Below are positions 1 to 10,360 of a stretch of DNA of 64,000 nt, one piece after another. Within the stretch, counting starts at the first letter, position 1, and each line of letters opens with the position of its first letter. A model generated the notes under the pieces. That model made no database searches and was not told the DNA's origin. It saw only the letters and a list, made by a program, of their open reading frames with translations. Location of the stretch: assembly GCA_963663165.1 (NCBI GenBank), contig OY760175.1:1856001-1920000 (forward strand), read 5' to 3'. A program made the translations under genes and the position numbers. Source of the stretch: an uncultured Desulfospira sp. (GTDB lineage: Bacteria; Desulfobacterota; Desulfobacteria; Desulfobacterales; Desulfobacteraceae).

Positions 1-1494
1 AACGGTAACCTGCCCGTCAGCTTTAACCGCTTTGGCTTCAGCCGCATCATCCTGGCTGATATAAATTTCGGCACCGCTGGTGGTGACCTCAAGTGTGGGG
101 GAGGTCTCCTCGGTGCCGATGGTAAGGGCCCCGTCCACGGAAATCCCCCTGCCGCCATCGCCGTCGTGGGCCAGGCTTATGGTGCCGCCGGCAATATCAA
201 AATTTCCATCCGCTTTGATGCATACGCCATGGTAGGCGTCTGCCTCTCCGTCTTCATTAGTGTATGTACCCCCGCCACCGGAGGATGTAATGGTCAGTTC
301 TCCGGAGGATATCACCACGTCTCCGTCACTGGAAATCCCCCGGCTGGCCTCACCGTCTGTGGTGATGGTGACAACGGCACCGTCAAGCAAAAACTCATCT
401 TCAGGCTTTATGGCCGTGCAATAGGACGGGTCATAATACCCCATGTCTTCGTCTACCGCCTCGAGAACCGCATCCCCATGGGTTTCAATGGTGATGGACC
501 CGCCGCTGAGCAGCATGGTTTCGGCTTTCAATCCCTTGGACTGGTCACCGTTCACGAGCAGGTCAACGGTGCCGCCGGAAATGGTGAGGTCGCCGTCACA
601 TTTAACAGCGTCCCGGTCGTCATCATCTATTTCTACTGCCAGATCGCCCCCTGATATCCGGACCGGCCCGTCCCCGGCATCAACACCGTCGCTGCCGGCA
701 ATCACATCGACCATTCCGCCGGACTGGTAATACCCGTCATTGGTGTGGATGCCGTCCTTAGCAGAACCGGTGACATAAATGGTGCCGCCAATAACTTCAA
801 TATAATCGTCACTGGCAAGCCCGTGTTGGTCGTCTCCCTGGCCGTTGATGGTCAGACTGCCGTCCCCGGAAAAAATCAATTCCGCTTCGCTGAAAAAGGC
901 GGCTTTTTGATCCTCATCATCGGGCGCTTCTGCGTATTCTTCCCCGTCGGTTAACACGGATTCCGTATCCTGGCCAAGTTCCACTGAAATGGTTTTACCG
1001 GACTGGATATTGATGGCCGGCCCCTGGGTGCTGGTGATGGTGACACCATTGAGCTGAAGGGTCACATCATCCTCTGAATAAAGTTTAAACGTTCCGTCGC
1101 CGGTTGCGCCGGACAGGGCAAATATAATTCCCGGAACCCCGGCAACAGATGTCACGGTGACATAAGCGCCGCTGGCCGATATATCCACACCGGCATCTTC
1201 CCAGGGGTTGCCTATGGTCACGGTTGAATCGCCGTAAATGATGGTAACCGGGGTTTGAGCGCAATCCGGACAGGACTGACGGCCAAAGTGCGCGGCAAGC
1301 AGTTCAAGCCGGTCTGCCTGTCCGTCAAAATCCTCCAGAAAAGTGGTCAGATCCAGGCCGTCCACATCCCCGTCCATAGTCAAATCTCCGTAGCAGGCCA
1401 AATTCTCAGCCGCCTGCAACGGACAGGACAAAATGCATACAACGCAGCAGATGGCTGCAAATGGCAATATCATATACGGTCTTAAATTTTTCAT
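1..1494 (-). CDS. Secreted carbohydrate-binding domain protein (DUF4353/Cthe_2159-like beta-helix), runs off the left edge
   Basis: Manual translation from ATG 1494: MKNLRPYMILPFAAICCVVC signal-like N-terminus, dockerin-like GDLTMDGDVDGLDL, then repeated GG-x-I/DG motifs (HGLASDDYIEVIGG, KDGIHTNDG). Not in the ORF track because the stop lies outside the window. Confidence 0.8.
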   Translation of the reverse strand, partial: MKNLRPYMILPFAAICCVVCILSCPLQAAENLACYGDLTMDGDVDGLDLTTFLEDFDGQADRLELLAAHFGRQSCPDCAQTPVTIIYGDSTVTIGNPWEDAGVDISASGAYVTVTSVAGVPGIIFALSGATGDGTFKLYSEDDVTLQLNGVTITSTQGPAINIQSGKTISVELGQDTESVLTDGEEYAEAPDDEDQKAAFFSEAELIFSGDGSLTINGQGDDQHGLASDDYIEVIGGTIYVTGSAKDGIHTNDGYYQSGGMVDVIAGSDGVDAGDGPVRISGGDLAVEIDDDDRDAVKCDGDLTISGGTVDLLVNGDQSKGLKAETMLLSGGSITIETHGDAVLEAVDEDMGYYDPSYCTAIKPEDEFLLDGAVVTITTDGEASRGISSDGDVVISSGELTITSSGGGGTYTNEDGEADAYHGVCIKADGNFDIAGGTISLAHDGDGGRGISVDGALTIGTEETSPTLEVTTSGAEIYISQDDAAEAKAVKADGQVTV

Positions 1495-1948
1495 GGTACT
1501 CCCCTGTGTCTGCTTATGTTTTTTCTATTTTTTCAACCCCTTGCCTTTTATAATAAAACCACCTGATGAAATGGCGCAGGCCCGGCGACCTTAAGACAGA
1601 ACTCTATCTTTTAACCTGTAAAAACACAACTCTAACCGTTTTCTACCCACTTTCAAACATGAGCCCTAAATGAAACTATTCGGCCCGGATATTCACCAAT
1701 TTTTTGTCCTCTTATATTAAAGCACTGGCCGGGAAGCTGCCGTGACTTTACCGCGACCGGACAGCGACGCAGGTGACGGGGAAAAAAAGCTTCGATAAAG
1801 AGCAATAAATTTTTTTAATTTTTAAAAATTTACACAACAAACCATCTAACCGGTTGTAATGATGTTTTTTTCTTCATAATCATACAAGAAACCATAAAAC
1901 ATCCGGATTAGAGATAATGGCTGACAATCCTCTGTACAATATGGTATG

Positions 1949-2072
1949 CAATGCCATTAACTTAAGAAATTTTGCATAGCGCGCAGGGGTTATAAAATGG
2001 GCGCCAACGGCGCTTCACCCTCTTGTCTCTTGTTTCCAGTTTCTTGTATTAACGCTTAAGTTAATGACATTG
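1949..2072. mobile_element. 124-bp MITE with IS4-type ends (copy 1)
   Basis: TIR CAATG(C/T)CATTAACTTAAG; 10-bp target duplication ATATGGTATG. Confidence 0.9.
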
Positions 2073-2294
2073 ATATGGTATGGATGATCCGGGAGGGGGA
2101 TTTTTCTCATTCGTCGGGTTAAGAGAATTATATCCTGCCCGTTTATCAAAAAATTGTTCTAAAAGCGGTATTGCCCCGGCAATTTTATATGAAAGTCTCA
2201 CTAACAGCGTGACAAGACTTTCATTATTCGTTGTGGGCGATACTTGGTTGGATAACCAAGGCGGCCCGTGGCCGTTATAAAAAGGAACTGACCT

Positions 2295-3245
2295 ATGGAA
2301 ATGAATAGTGTAAAGCACATTGGAATCATCGGCACCGGTATGATGGCCTCCAGCATAGCGGTGTTAACCACCGGCCACGGCTATCGGACAACCCTGCTGG
2401 CCAGATCACCCCAGAGGGCAGACAGCTGCAAGGCTCAGATTGACAACTTTTACACCGAAATTGCCCGGCAGAACCTTATCACTGAAAATCAGGTGGATAT
2501 CTGCAAGGGTTACCTGAACTTTGCTTTGGGCTATGATGGGCTTTCGGATGTTGACGTCTTTTATGAATGTGTTGCCGAGGTCATAGAGACAAAACACGAG
2601 GTCTACAGGCAGATAGAAGAACACTGCCCGGCCGTTAAAGCGATCTGTTCCGTCAGTTCTTCCATCGTTGTTGACGATCTGGTCAAAGGCATTGATAAGT
2701 ACAAAGACCGGGTGGTGGTCGCCCACCCCTTTAATCCCCCCCACATGGTCCCCTTTTTCGAGCTGGCAAAGGGAACAGATACGGCCGCCGGTGTTATCGA
2801 GTTCGCGGCCGAATTGCTTAAGGCCCTGGACCGCAAACCAGTGATATTGAAAAAAGGGATTCCCGGGTTTATCGGGAACCGGCTCCAGTTCGCTTTGTGG
2901 AGAGAATGCCTCCATCTGGTGGAAAATGGTATTGCTGACCCGGAAGACATTGATACCTGCCTTCAGTACAGTTTCTGCCCGAGATATACGTCCATTGGAA
3001 TTTTTGAACACTTTGACAACGGCGGCATGCAGCTCAACTACAACGTGGTCAAGACATTGTTCCCGCTGTTAAGCGACCAGAAGGAGGTCCCCAAAGCCAT
3101 TACCGACAAGATTGCCACCGGCGACATGGGGCAAAAAACCGGAAAGGGGTTTTATGACTGGCGAAATGTTGATATGGACGCCTACAATGAGCGGGTCAAC
3201 GCGCCCTATTGGAAATTTTTCAACTGGGATTATCCCAAAAAATAG
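2295..3245 (+). CDS. 3-hydroxyacyl-CoA dehydrogenase family protein
   Basis: GIIGTGMM Rossmann motif, HPFNPPHM, PGFIGNRLQ, GQKTGKGFY. Confidence 0.93.
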   Translation: MEMNSVKHIGIIGTGMMASSIAVLTTGHGYRTTLLARSPQRADSCKAQIDNFYTEIARQNLITENQVDICKGYLNFALGYDGLSDVDVFYECVAEVIETKHEVYRQIEEHCPAVKAICSVSSSIVVDDLVKGIDKYKDRVVVAHPFNPPHMVPFFELAKGTDTAAGVIEFAAELLKALDRKPVILKKGIPGFIGNRLQFALWRECLHLVENGIADPEDIDTCLQYSFCPRYTSIGIFEHFDNGGMQLNYNVVKTLFPLLSDQKEVPKAITDKIATGDMGQKTGKGFYDWRNVDMDAYNERVNAPYWKFFNWDYPKK

Positions 3246-3281
3246 CTTTATATTTTGCTAAGTTTTCAGCATTAGCTGAAT

Positions 3282-3405
3282 CAATGCCATTAACTTAAGA
3301 AATTTGGCATAACGCGCAGGGGTTATAAAATGGGCGCCAACGGCGCTTCACCCTCTTGTCTCTTGTTTCCAGTTTCTTGTATTAACGCTTAAGTTAATGA
3401 CATTG
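3282..3405. mobile_element. 124-bp MITE with IS4-type ends (copy 2)
   Basis: Near-identical to copy 1; own 10-bp target duplication TTAGCTGAAT. Confidence 0.9.
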
Positions 3406-3455
3406 TTAGCTGAATAGTTACTATATGTTAAGGAAAATCAAAAAAGGAAACTACA

Positions 3456-3890
3456 ATGGATACCAGTAAATTGATTGTTCAGGATCTCAAAGACCCCAAT
3501 ATGGGAAGCCCCGAATTTCAGGCCATGTACAAAAAATTCTCCAACCGGATCCTCTGGATTGACGATAATGTGGTGGAAGGTGCGTTTCAAATGAACACCG
3601 CATGGTACTTTGATGTCCCCGAAAAAGACCCGGTTTTCGAAGAGCATGCCCATGACCATGGTGAATTGATCGGTTTTTTCGGCAGCAATCCTGATGACCC
3701 ATATGATCTGGGCGCCCGGATGGAAGCCACCCTCAACGGCGATAAGTATGAACTCACCCGGACGTCCATGATTTTTGTTCCGGCCAACATGCCCCATATG
3801 CCCTTGAGAATTTTACAGGTTGACCGGCCGGTGTTTCACTTTTCCATCGTAATGAACGGTGAGTACTCCGGCGGGAGCGCTTATAAATGA
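3456..3890 (+). CDS. Cupin-like hypothetical protein
   Basis: EHAHDHGELIGF and FVPANMPHMP cupin-type motifs; RBS AGGA. Confidence 0.75.
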   Translation: MDTSKLIVQDLKDPNMGSPEFQAMYKKFSNRILWIDDNVVEGAFQMNTAWYFDVPEKDPVFEEHAHDHGELIGFFGSNPDDPYDLGARMEATLNGDKYELTRTSMIFVPANMPHMPLRILQVDRPVFHFSIVMNGEYSGGSAYK

Positions 3891-4002
3891 ATAGGCCCTG
3901 TTTTTCCGGCTCTTATTTGGGTTGACAAAAAGTAAGCTCATATCTTATAAAATAATTTCTTATACTAGTAAAGAATGCCAACAGGGAATAGGAGGAAGTC
4001 GC

Positions 4003-4464
4003 ATGAGTTGTTCTTTCAGTTATGGCCCGCAAAGAGACGCATATGAAATGAAAAATTCTTTCAGAACCCGGCGACCGCCGCAAAGCAACAGCCAGTTTCC
4101 AACTTATATCCGGGTCAACCGAGTAAGTTCCTCATTCTATTTATGTGGTGACGGTGAAAACCACCTTCTTGATCTTTTGCTAAGGAAATCCAGTGCAATC
4201 ATTGAGGCAAAATTGCCCATCGACCTGTTGGTCGTCCGAAACGGCCCTCTTGTTATCGCACAGGTGATGGAATCCTCTTACAGAATTCAAGGTGCCCGTG
4301 GTGTTGGCATTTTCCACCCAATGGGCAGGGAAAGCATCACAGGGGCATCCCTGTATTTCGCACTTCAAAAAGATATTTTTCCCGAGCTCCGGCACATCAA
4401 TCCGCCGCCGGTCCCGCCCCGGTTGGTCAGTTTATTGGGCCATAACAAAAGCTTTTTTAGTTGA
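4003..4464 (+). CDS. Hypothetical protein
   Basis: GGAGG RBS before ATG 4003, followed by a hairpin; no recognisable motif. Confidence 0.45.
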   Translation: MSCSFSYGPQRDAYEMKNSFRTRRPPQSNSQFPTYIRVNRVSSSFYLCGDGENHLLDLLLRKSSAIIEAKLPIDLLVVRNGPLVIAQVMESSYRIQGARGVGIFHPMGRESITGASLYFALQKDIFPELRHINPPPVPPRLVSLLGHNKSFFS

Positions 4465-4481
4465 ACCTCAGCGAATCGTTC

Positions 4482-4508
4482 AGCCTCCGGCACATCATGC
4501 CGGAGGCT
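4482..4508. terminator. Stem-loop between convergent genes
   Basis: AGCCTCCGGCA-CATCA-TGCCGGAGGCT, 11-bp stem. Confidence 0.55.
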
Positions 4509-4596
4509 TCGGACCGGGGTCTGCCCAACTAACGGATTAAAATTATAAGCAATGGGCTAAAAACAATGCTGATTCTTTGCCATAATCAGCCCATTT

Positions 4597-5226
4597 TCAT
4601 TTATTGCTGACCGCAAGCCCGACACCAGCCCCGATAAAAGTGCCGCCCATAATTCTTTTCAAATATTTCCCTGCCCCTGCTTTGGAAAACAGCAGAACCA
4701 TTTTTTGACCGCTAACGGCGTAAATCATAAAACAACTGAAGGCTATGACAGCGCACAGTCCCAATAGAATGCAAGATTGGAATAAGTATGCCGAATCGGG
4801 ATCAATAAACTGCGGAAATATGGCCGTAAAAAAGACAATGGCTTTAGGGTTTCCTGCAGTTACCAGCGCGGCCTGTAAAAACATTTTTCTCAATGTATTC
4901 AGTTCTTTCACCTTATGGGAGTTCTGCTGATATCCCGGCATATCAGGCGAAAAGAAAATGGTAAGGCCAATATAAATAAGGTATGCCGCCCCGGCCCATT
5001 TGATCGTATAAAAGACCGTCTCGGAGGCAATCAAGACAGTTCCCAGCCCGGCAATGGAAACAGATGCCTGAAGTAAGGTAACGGTCACATTTCCCAGGGC
5101 AGATGCGATTGTTTTTTTTGCCCCGTACTGCATCCCATGGGTCAGGGCCAGCAACATGCTTGGACCCGGGAGGATAGAAGCGATAAACACGGTGATTGAA
5201 TACAAGAATAAAAAATTAAACGTCAT
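4597..5226 (-). CDS. LysE/RhtB family translocator
   Basis: ILPGPSMLL, KWAGAAYLIYIG, GNPKAIVFF motifs. Confidence 0.93.
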   Translation of the reverse strand: MTFNFLFLYSITVFIASILPGPSMLLALTHGMQYGAKKTIASALGNVTVTLLQASVSIAGLGTVLIASETVFYTIKWAGAAYLIYIGLTIFFSPDMPGYQQNSHKVKELNTLRKMFLQAALVTAGNPKAIVFFTAIFPQFIDPDSAYLFQSCILLGLCAVIAFSCFMIYAVSGQKMVLLFSKAGAGKYLKRIMGGTFIGAGVGLAVSNK

Positions 5227-5331
5227 TTGCCAAAAACCTTATAAAGATTCCAATTGATTTTTTTGTACAGGCTCACTTCATATCTTCAACGAATAATTGT
5301 GCGTTACCCGAAGTCGTCAGTACGCTCGGCG

Positions 5332-7201
5332 ATCGGGTAGGTCGGGGGCTTTACAGCCCCTTTCCCCCCTCAGAACCGTACGTGACAGTTTCCCGTCATA
5401 CGGCTCAAGCATTTCTAAGGCTGAGCCTTGCGGGGCCGCCCGGCTGTTTTCTCTTGCCAATGCTGAAATTTACAGTTATTTCATTACATATTTTCTCGGC
5501 CGCTGTGACAGGGATCACCTTTGGTTTCACCCGTCTTGCCCAGTGGATTTTATCCATGAAGGCCTGCACATTTTTCCTGGATGGTTTAATGAGCAGTTTG
5601 CCGTCATACTTACGAACGTTTTGGCCCAGAAAATCGAATCCCCGGTCAATTCGGGTAATCAGGGTCTTTTCTTCAGACAGGGATAGATCCCGTTCCGAGA
5701 GAAATCTGATTATGGCCGGTTTGACCTTGTCTTCAAGAAGTTCCCGGGTTGCACCGGTAATAATGAAATCATCAGCATACCGAATGACGTTGATTTTGGA
5801 ACTGATGTCCTTACCGTTGCGTCTGTCCCTGACAGGGGCAACAGATCCGGCAGTCCCTTCAATGCCGTCCAGAACCATGTTGGCCAGTGTGGGAGAGGCA
5901 ATGCCGCCTTGCGGCGTTCCCCGGAGGGATATGGTCGATCATCCAGTCATGGATAGTTTCATCAAATCAGGCTTTAATATCCGCTTCAAGTATCCAGACC
6001 GGCGAGGTTTTCTTGGCCAGTGTATTAAAGCATTGGGATATGGCGTCCGCACATCGCCTGTATGACCTGAATCCGTATGAATTGTGGTCGGCCAGTGTTT
6101 CTGCTATCGGCTCCACTGCCAGTTTATACAATGCCTGAACAGCCCTGTCGATCATTGTGGGAATACTTAACGAACGTTTCTTGCCGTTCTTTTTGGGAAT
6201 ATAGATCCGCCTGAGCGGTGATGGCTGGTATCCTCTCCGTTTGAGGTTGCCTGCTGCCTGGAATTTCTGCCTGGCGGTTTTCCAGGTGACGTTGTCGACA
6301 CCCGGAGTGCGTTTCCCTTTATTGGAGGTCACGCGTTTTACAGCTAACAGCTTTGCCTGGTAAGAGTGGGTCAGAAGCCACTGGAGGGCCTTGGCCCGTC
6401 CGTATCTTCCTTCTTTCACAGCCTTTGCGATACGCATTTGCAGTCTTTTAACAGCTTCATAAATGGCTTTCCAATGAATGGACTTCCAATTCCTGAAACT
6501 GCCGATGGGCGCACCAGCTGTTGCCGTCATTTGCCTTCCCATCTTCAAAGATTCTCCAGACTATCTCGCAAAGAAACACCTGCCCGGGTGTGCCTGTAGC
6601 CACACCCGCCGGACGTCAGCTCCCTTTCGGGCCGGATAATGTTGAAGGTCAGTAGATCCATCTCAATCCGTATCCACCTCATTACAAGACGGCATTCGCT
6701 TCTTCCTGCATCTTATTCCCGCACCCCCATCAGTGTGCCTTGCGGTTTCACCTGCCGAATGTTCCCGGCGAAGATACGGGGTTTCCACGTTCCGCATTAT
6801 TGCCAATTAGTGGATGACTTAGGCCTGCCCTCTGCACCGGCGGCGCAACATCTCCGTGCAGGCAGTTGAGAAACCTGCATCCTGACCGCTCACCTTTTGG
6901 TCCAAGCTTACCAGCCTCTTTAGCTTGTTCTCCCTGACGGTACTTACGGAACATTCAACTACTTTGACCATATCATCCAAACCCTTGCCCTCACCCGGAT
7001 TGAGGCTTCCAGGAGGGTATCTGCCTCACGGCTTCCACCCCTTCCACAGTTGCGGAATTCGGTACGTTGTCGGTTGGGCTTTACACCGTTGCCGGATGCA
7101 CCGACCACCGCATGCCATCTAGGGTACCGGCAGGAGAATGCCGGGTTTGGTCAGGACCGACTGGCCCGCCAAACAGCCAATAATGCGACTTCGTGTCGCA
7201 C
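5332..7201 (-). mobile_element. Group II intron I1 (chloroplast-like class) in attC R', RT pseudogene
   Basis: 5' GTGCGAC; domain V GAGCCGTATGACGGGAAACTGTCACGTACGGTTC; 3' ACCCGAT; 5' exon GTTGTCG. Confidence 0.92.
5405..6530 (-). pseudogene. ltrA: Group II intron RT/maturase, disrupted (stop plus ~71-bp deletion versus I5)
   Basis: RVT_N-type N-terminus, YADD; split into ORFs 5967-6548 and 5405-5878. Confidence 0.88.
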
Positions 7202-7334
7202 CGACAACGGGGAGCTGAGGGGCCAGGCTTTTAAACCCCAAAAAACTCCGATAAAAAGTTTAATTTTCCTGAACCAGGGACTCCCGAAAAGGCCGCGCCA
7301 GTAAGCCTGGTCCCTCTCCGGCGTTTTGTTGGCC
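7202..7334 (-). other. attC site 1 (last in array)
   Basis: R'' GGCCAAC ... CAGCTCCCC-GTTGTCG R'; arms CCAGGCTT/AAGCCTGG. Confidence 0.88.
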
Positions 7335-7720
7335 TAATTTTTGGAATAGACCGCTTTTAAATTTTCAATCATCGGGTAATGTTTGATATTTAGCGTTTTA
7401 AGCTGAGCATTTTTTGAATGACACGTTGCAGCAATGATGGCATCAGCCAATCCTACGCCATGAGATTTGCCGAAATCACGTTTATATAGTCCACCAATCT
7501 TAGCAATTTCAGAGGTAATTGGAATGACGTCAAAAAGGGAAACAAAATTATTCAAAATCGTTAATTCTTGTTTCCCCCTTACCCCTGCATAAAGTTCAGC
7601 GATCACTATCGTGGATAATATTATTTGAGATGCATTGTCATTTATAAAATCAACAGCTTGCTGATAGCCTCGTAAAAAATCAATAAGAACATCAGTATCA
7701 GGAAGGAATAATTGCGCCAT
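7334..7720 (-). CDS. vapC: VapC/PIN toxin (cassette)
   Basis: DTDVLIDFLRG, ELYAG, LADAIIAAT, TLNIKHY PIN motifs. Confidence 0.92.
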   Translation of the reverse strand: MAQLFLPDTDVLIDFLRGYQQAVDFINDNASQIILSTIVIAELYAGVRGKQELTILNNFVSLFDVIPITSEIAKIGGLYKRDFGKSHGVGLADAIIAATCHSKNAQLKTLNIKHYPMIENLKAVYSKN

Positions 7721-7722
7721 TT

Positions 7723-7956
7723 TTATTCCCTGTCCCATTCAGAACGCATTGTTTTAAAATCGGGGATATCTGACCGATCTTTCCAGAGGCCAGCGGTTTC
7801 ACATAATATTTTTTTTCGTCTTTCCTGACTTGCCTGTTCAATTAAAATATCAATTGCTTCTCGGATCAGTTCGCTTTGTTTTTTCCCTTGGATTTCTGAA
7901 AGAATGGCCAATTCAGTTCGTTGCTGATCAGTCAAATATATTTGAGTTCGTATCAT
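7723..7956 (-). CDS. RHH/CopG antitoxin (VapB-like)
   Basis: MIRTQIYLT...SELIREAID ribbon-helix-helix, directly upstream of vapC. Confidence 0.88.
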   Translation of the reverse strand: MIRTQIYLTDQQRTELAILSEIQGKKQSELIREAIDILIEQASQERRKKILCETAGLWKDRSDIPDFKTMRSEWDRE

Positions 7957-8014
7957 TGTGAATCTCCCTTTTTGATGTATACATTATAGTTGTACATCAC
8001 GAGGGTTTTGTCAA

Positions 8015-8077
8015 GGCCAACGGTAAGCTCACCGGACCGGCGTTTTATGCCGGGTCCGGTGAAGCGTTTGGTTATAC
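8015..8077 (-). other. attC site 2 (63 bp)
   Basis: R'' GTATAAC, R' GTTGGCC (matches R'' of site 1); ACCGGACC/GGTCCGGT arms. Confidence 0.9.
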
Positions 8078-8082
8078 CAATT

Positions 8083-8907
8083 TTATGATTTCCCCGTTAT
8101 TGACTCACTGAAGTCTGTGATAAAATGACCAAATTCAATGCCATAAATTTTCTTAAAAATTTTATCATGGTCACTGATAGTTGTGAGTTCTTTCATATAT
8201 GATAAAAATTTTTCCTTTCCAAATTTTTCAATTAGATAATCAACTATGCACGCAAACTCGGAATACATGAATGTAATTCTGTACTGAACATCAAGCTTGA
8301 TCCGGTCCTCGTTCTTAGTCTTGAAATATTCAGGAGGCATAAAATTGCCTTTTTGAATATAATCATAGGTTTCCTTTTTTGAAGGATACCATGATGTTCC
8401 CATTTGATTGGCACTATAAACAGCGATCCCCTCAAGCAACCATTCCGGGTAATTATAAGCTCTTGAAATACCGGAATGCTGATGAAGCAAACAATGGGAT
8501 AACTCATGTGTAAGATAAATTTCTAATGAAATTTCGCCATTTTCAGCTTCTTTTAATGCCCATGGAGAAATAATTAAATCTCCATTATAAAAAGCACAAA
8601 ACCGCGCTTTTGATATTGAACGTTTATAGTAACTGTTTTTGTCCTTAAAAATGAATATTCTTGGTTTCTTTAAAAACTTCCATTCATGAAACTTTTCAAC
8701 GTTAGGGATTAAAGAATCAATTATTTTTAAATCAGGGCATTCTGCACCTTTTTGAACATAAACAATTGTGTTTGTTAATTCCTTTTTAGAAAACCCGATT
8801 ATGAGAGGGGAATAAGGGAATAGCTTACCAAATAGAAAACTATAGACAACTAGTCCCAAGATAAGAATGAAGCCAATTGCGATTGAATATTTCAGTTTAT
8901 TCTTCAT
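8083..8907 (-). CDS. Peptidase MA-like metalloprotease with N-terminal anchor (cassette)
   Basis: THELSH and PEWLLEGIA motifs. Confidence 0.8.
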   Translation of the reverse strand: MKNKLKYSIAIGFILILGLVVYSFLFGKLFPYSPLIIGFSKKELTNTIVYVQKGAECPDLKIIDSLIPNVEKFHEWKFLKKPRIFIFKDKNSYYKRSISKARFCAFYNGDLIISPWALKEAENGEISLEIYLTHELSHCLLHQHSGISRAYNYPEWLLEGIAVYSANQMGTSWYPSKKETYDYIQKGNFMPPEYFKTKNEDRIKLDVQYRITFMYSEFACIVDYLIEKFGKEKFLSYMKELTTISDHDKIFKKIYGIEFGHFITDFSESITGKS

Positions 8908-8937
8908 TTCAAAAACATCAGTTTTTTATTCTGGTAT

Positions 8938-9472
8938 CTCGCGGTAGGAACGCCGGTTACCCGACGCCCCCCGCACAGACCCGGACGTGCGGTTTTCCCG
9001 CATCCGGTTCCTCGGTTATACTCGCTTTCGTGTAAGACATCCGTTTATGTAAACGCTCGATGTCGCCTGTTAACCACTCGCATCCTTGGTTTGGCAATAC
9101 CCAAAAGAGCCACTGCTCTGGTAAAGACTTCCCAGGTGAAGCTTTTCCGCTTCCCACCTCGACGATTCAACCACTTGAATGCACACTCTTCGGCCCAGCT
9201 GTAAAAATGCCATAATGCCGACAGGTTACCTGGTACATTATAATAGTTGTAATAGCCGCGCAACCGTCTATTCAACCCTTTTATAAAGGTGATTCCTTTT
9301 AAATGACGGTTATCCTTTATCCATTCCTTGATTCGCCGGCAGGCTCCTTGCAATTTCTTTGGCGCAGTCCGTTGTTTAACTTTCACGGTACCGGTTCTGT
9401 CTTTTTCCCAGAAGAGTTCAAAGCCTAAAAAGCTTATCCGTACTTTCATACCGGGATGGAAACGATTAAACC
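8938..9472 (-). mobile_element. 3' remnant of class-E-like group II intron (E1), truncated by IS66
   Basis: Domain V/VI GAACCGGATGCGGGAAAACCGCACGTCCGG...CCTACCGCGAG; maturase C-terminus FLGF...LNRRLRGYYNYY...WLNRRG. Confidence 0.85.
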
Positions 9473-9551
9473 GTGTCCCTTCGGTAAGCCTGCATGAATT
9501 AAGTTTTCGCAGCTGATATAACGGTCCCATCAACATTTTAAGGAAGGACCC

Positions 9552-9965
9552 ATGAATAAAACAAAGCTGACAGGCAAACAGTATTCAGCACTTGAAAAAG
9601 TGGCACAACAGTTTGCAGCCTGGAGAGAAACGCGGACAAAAATCGGATGTATTCCGGATTCATTATGGTCTGCGGCTGTAAATCTTTTTTATTCTTATAA
9701 CCTGAGTATAAACAAGATTGCCCGGACTTTAAGGCTCAATTATACAGACCTGAAATTACACATCACAGCAAGCCCGCCGGTTGCCATACAACCCATTGAG
9801 GATGAGCCAGCCACATTTGTTGAACTGGAACCGCCATTTGCCGCCACGGATTGCATCATAGAGATGGAAAAACCATCCGGAGTAAAGCTGCGCATGTGCT
9901 TCCGGGGGCGGGCAGATCCCGCGGCCATTGATCTTGGCAGATATTTTCTTGAGGGACTGCCATGA
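9552..9965 (+). CDS. IS66 accessory protein TnpA-like
   Basis: IPDSLWSAAV, FVEL motif, position upstream of tnpB. Confidence 0.8.
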   Translation: MNKTKLTGKQYSALEKVAQQFAAWRETRTKIGCIPDSLWSAAVNLFYSYNLSINKIARTLRLNYTDLKLHITASPPVAIQPIEDEPATFVELEPPFAATDCIIEMEKPSGVKLRMCFRGRADPAAIDLGRYFLEGLP

Positions 9966-10315
9966 TCCAGATCACACCTCATATGAAGATCTTACTGGCT
10001 GTTGATCCGGTAGATTTCAGGAAAGGCATTGACGGCCTGGCCGGGTTATGCCGGAAGATACTCCATTCCGATCCTTTTTCCGGATACCTGTTTGTATTTA
10101 TCAACCGGAGACGAACAGCCATAAAGGTATTATGCTATGACTTTCAAGGTTTCTGGTTATGCCAGAAGCGGTTATCCCAAGGCCGTTTTAAATGGTGGCC
10201 GGTAAACGCAACCGGATGCAAAACCCTTGATGCGCATGAACTTCAAATGCTGCTATGGAACGGTGATCCGTTTAATACCAGGGCAGCCCCGGCATGGAAA
10301 AAGCTGTCTGCATAA
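9962..10315 (+). CDS. tnpB: IS66 TnpB accessory protein
   Basis: PVDFRKGIDGL, LFVFINRRR, GFWLCQKRL. Confidence 0.93.
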   Translation: MIQITPHMKILLAVDPVDFRKGIDGLAGLCRKILHSDPFSGYLFVFINRRRTAIKVLCYDFQGFWLCQKRLSQGRFKWWPVNATGCKTLDAHELQMLLWNGDPFNTRAAPAWKKLSA

Positions 10316-10360
10316 TTTTTTTCGTACGTTCGAACCCAAAATCTATTATAAGACGTTGCC

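Noticed and set aside
166..1485. Plus-strand ORFs at the left end and many short ORFs over introns and IS
   Set aside because: They are shadows of the minus-strand DUF4353-like gene, of structured intron RNA or of transposases
1949..3405. Composite transposon that delivered the dehydrogenase gene
   Set aside because: Each MITE has its own target duplication and the outer flanks do not match
7062..7075. CGACAAC in intron domain I as EBS1 (exact complement of the I1 exon)
   Set aside because: It pairs internally with GTCGG as a domain I stem and lies too far 5'; the loop at 6865 fits better
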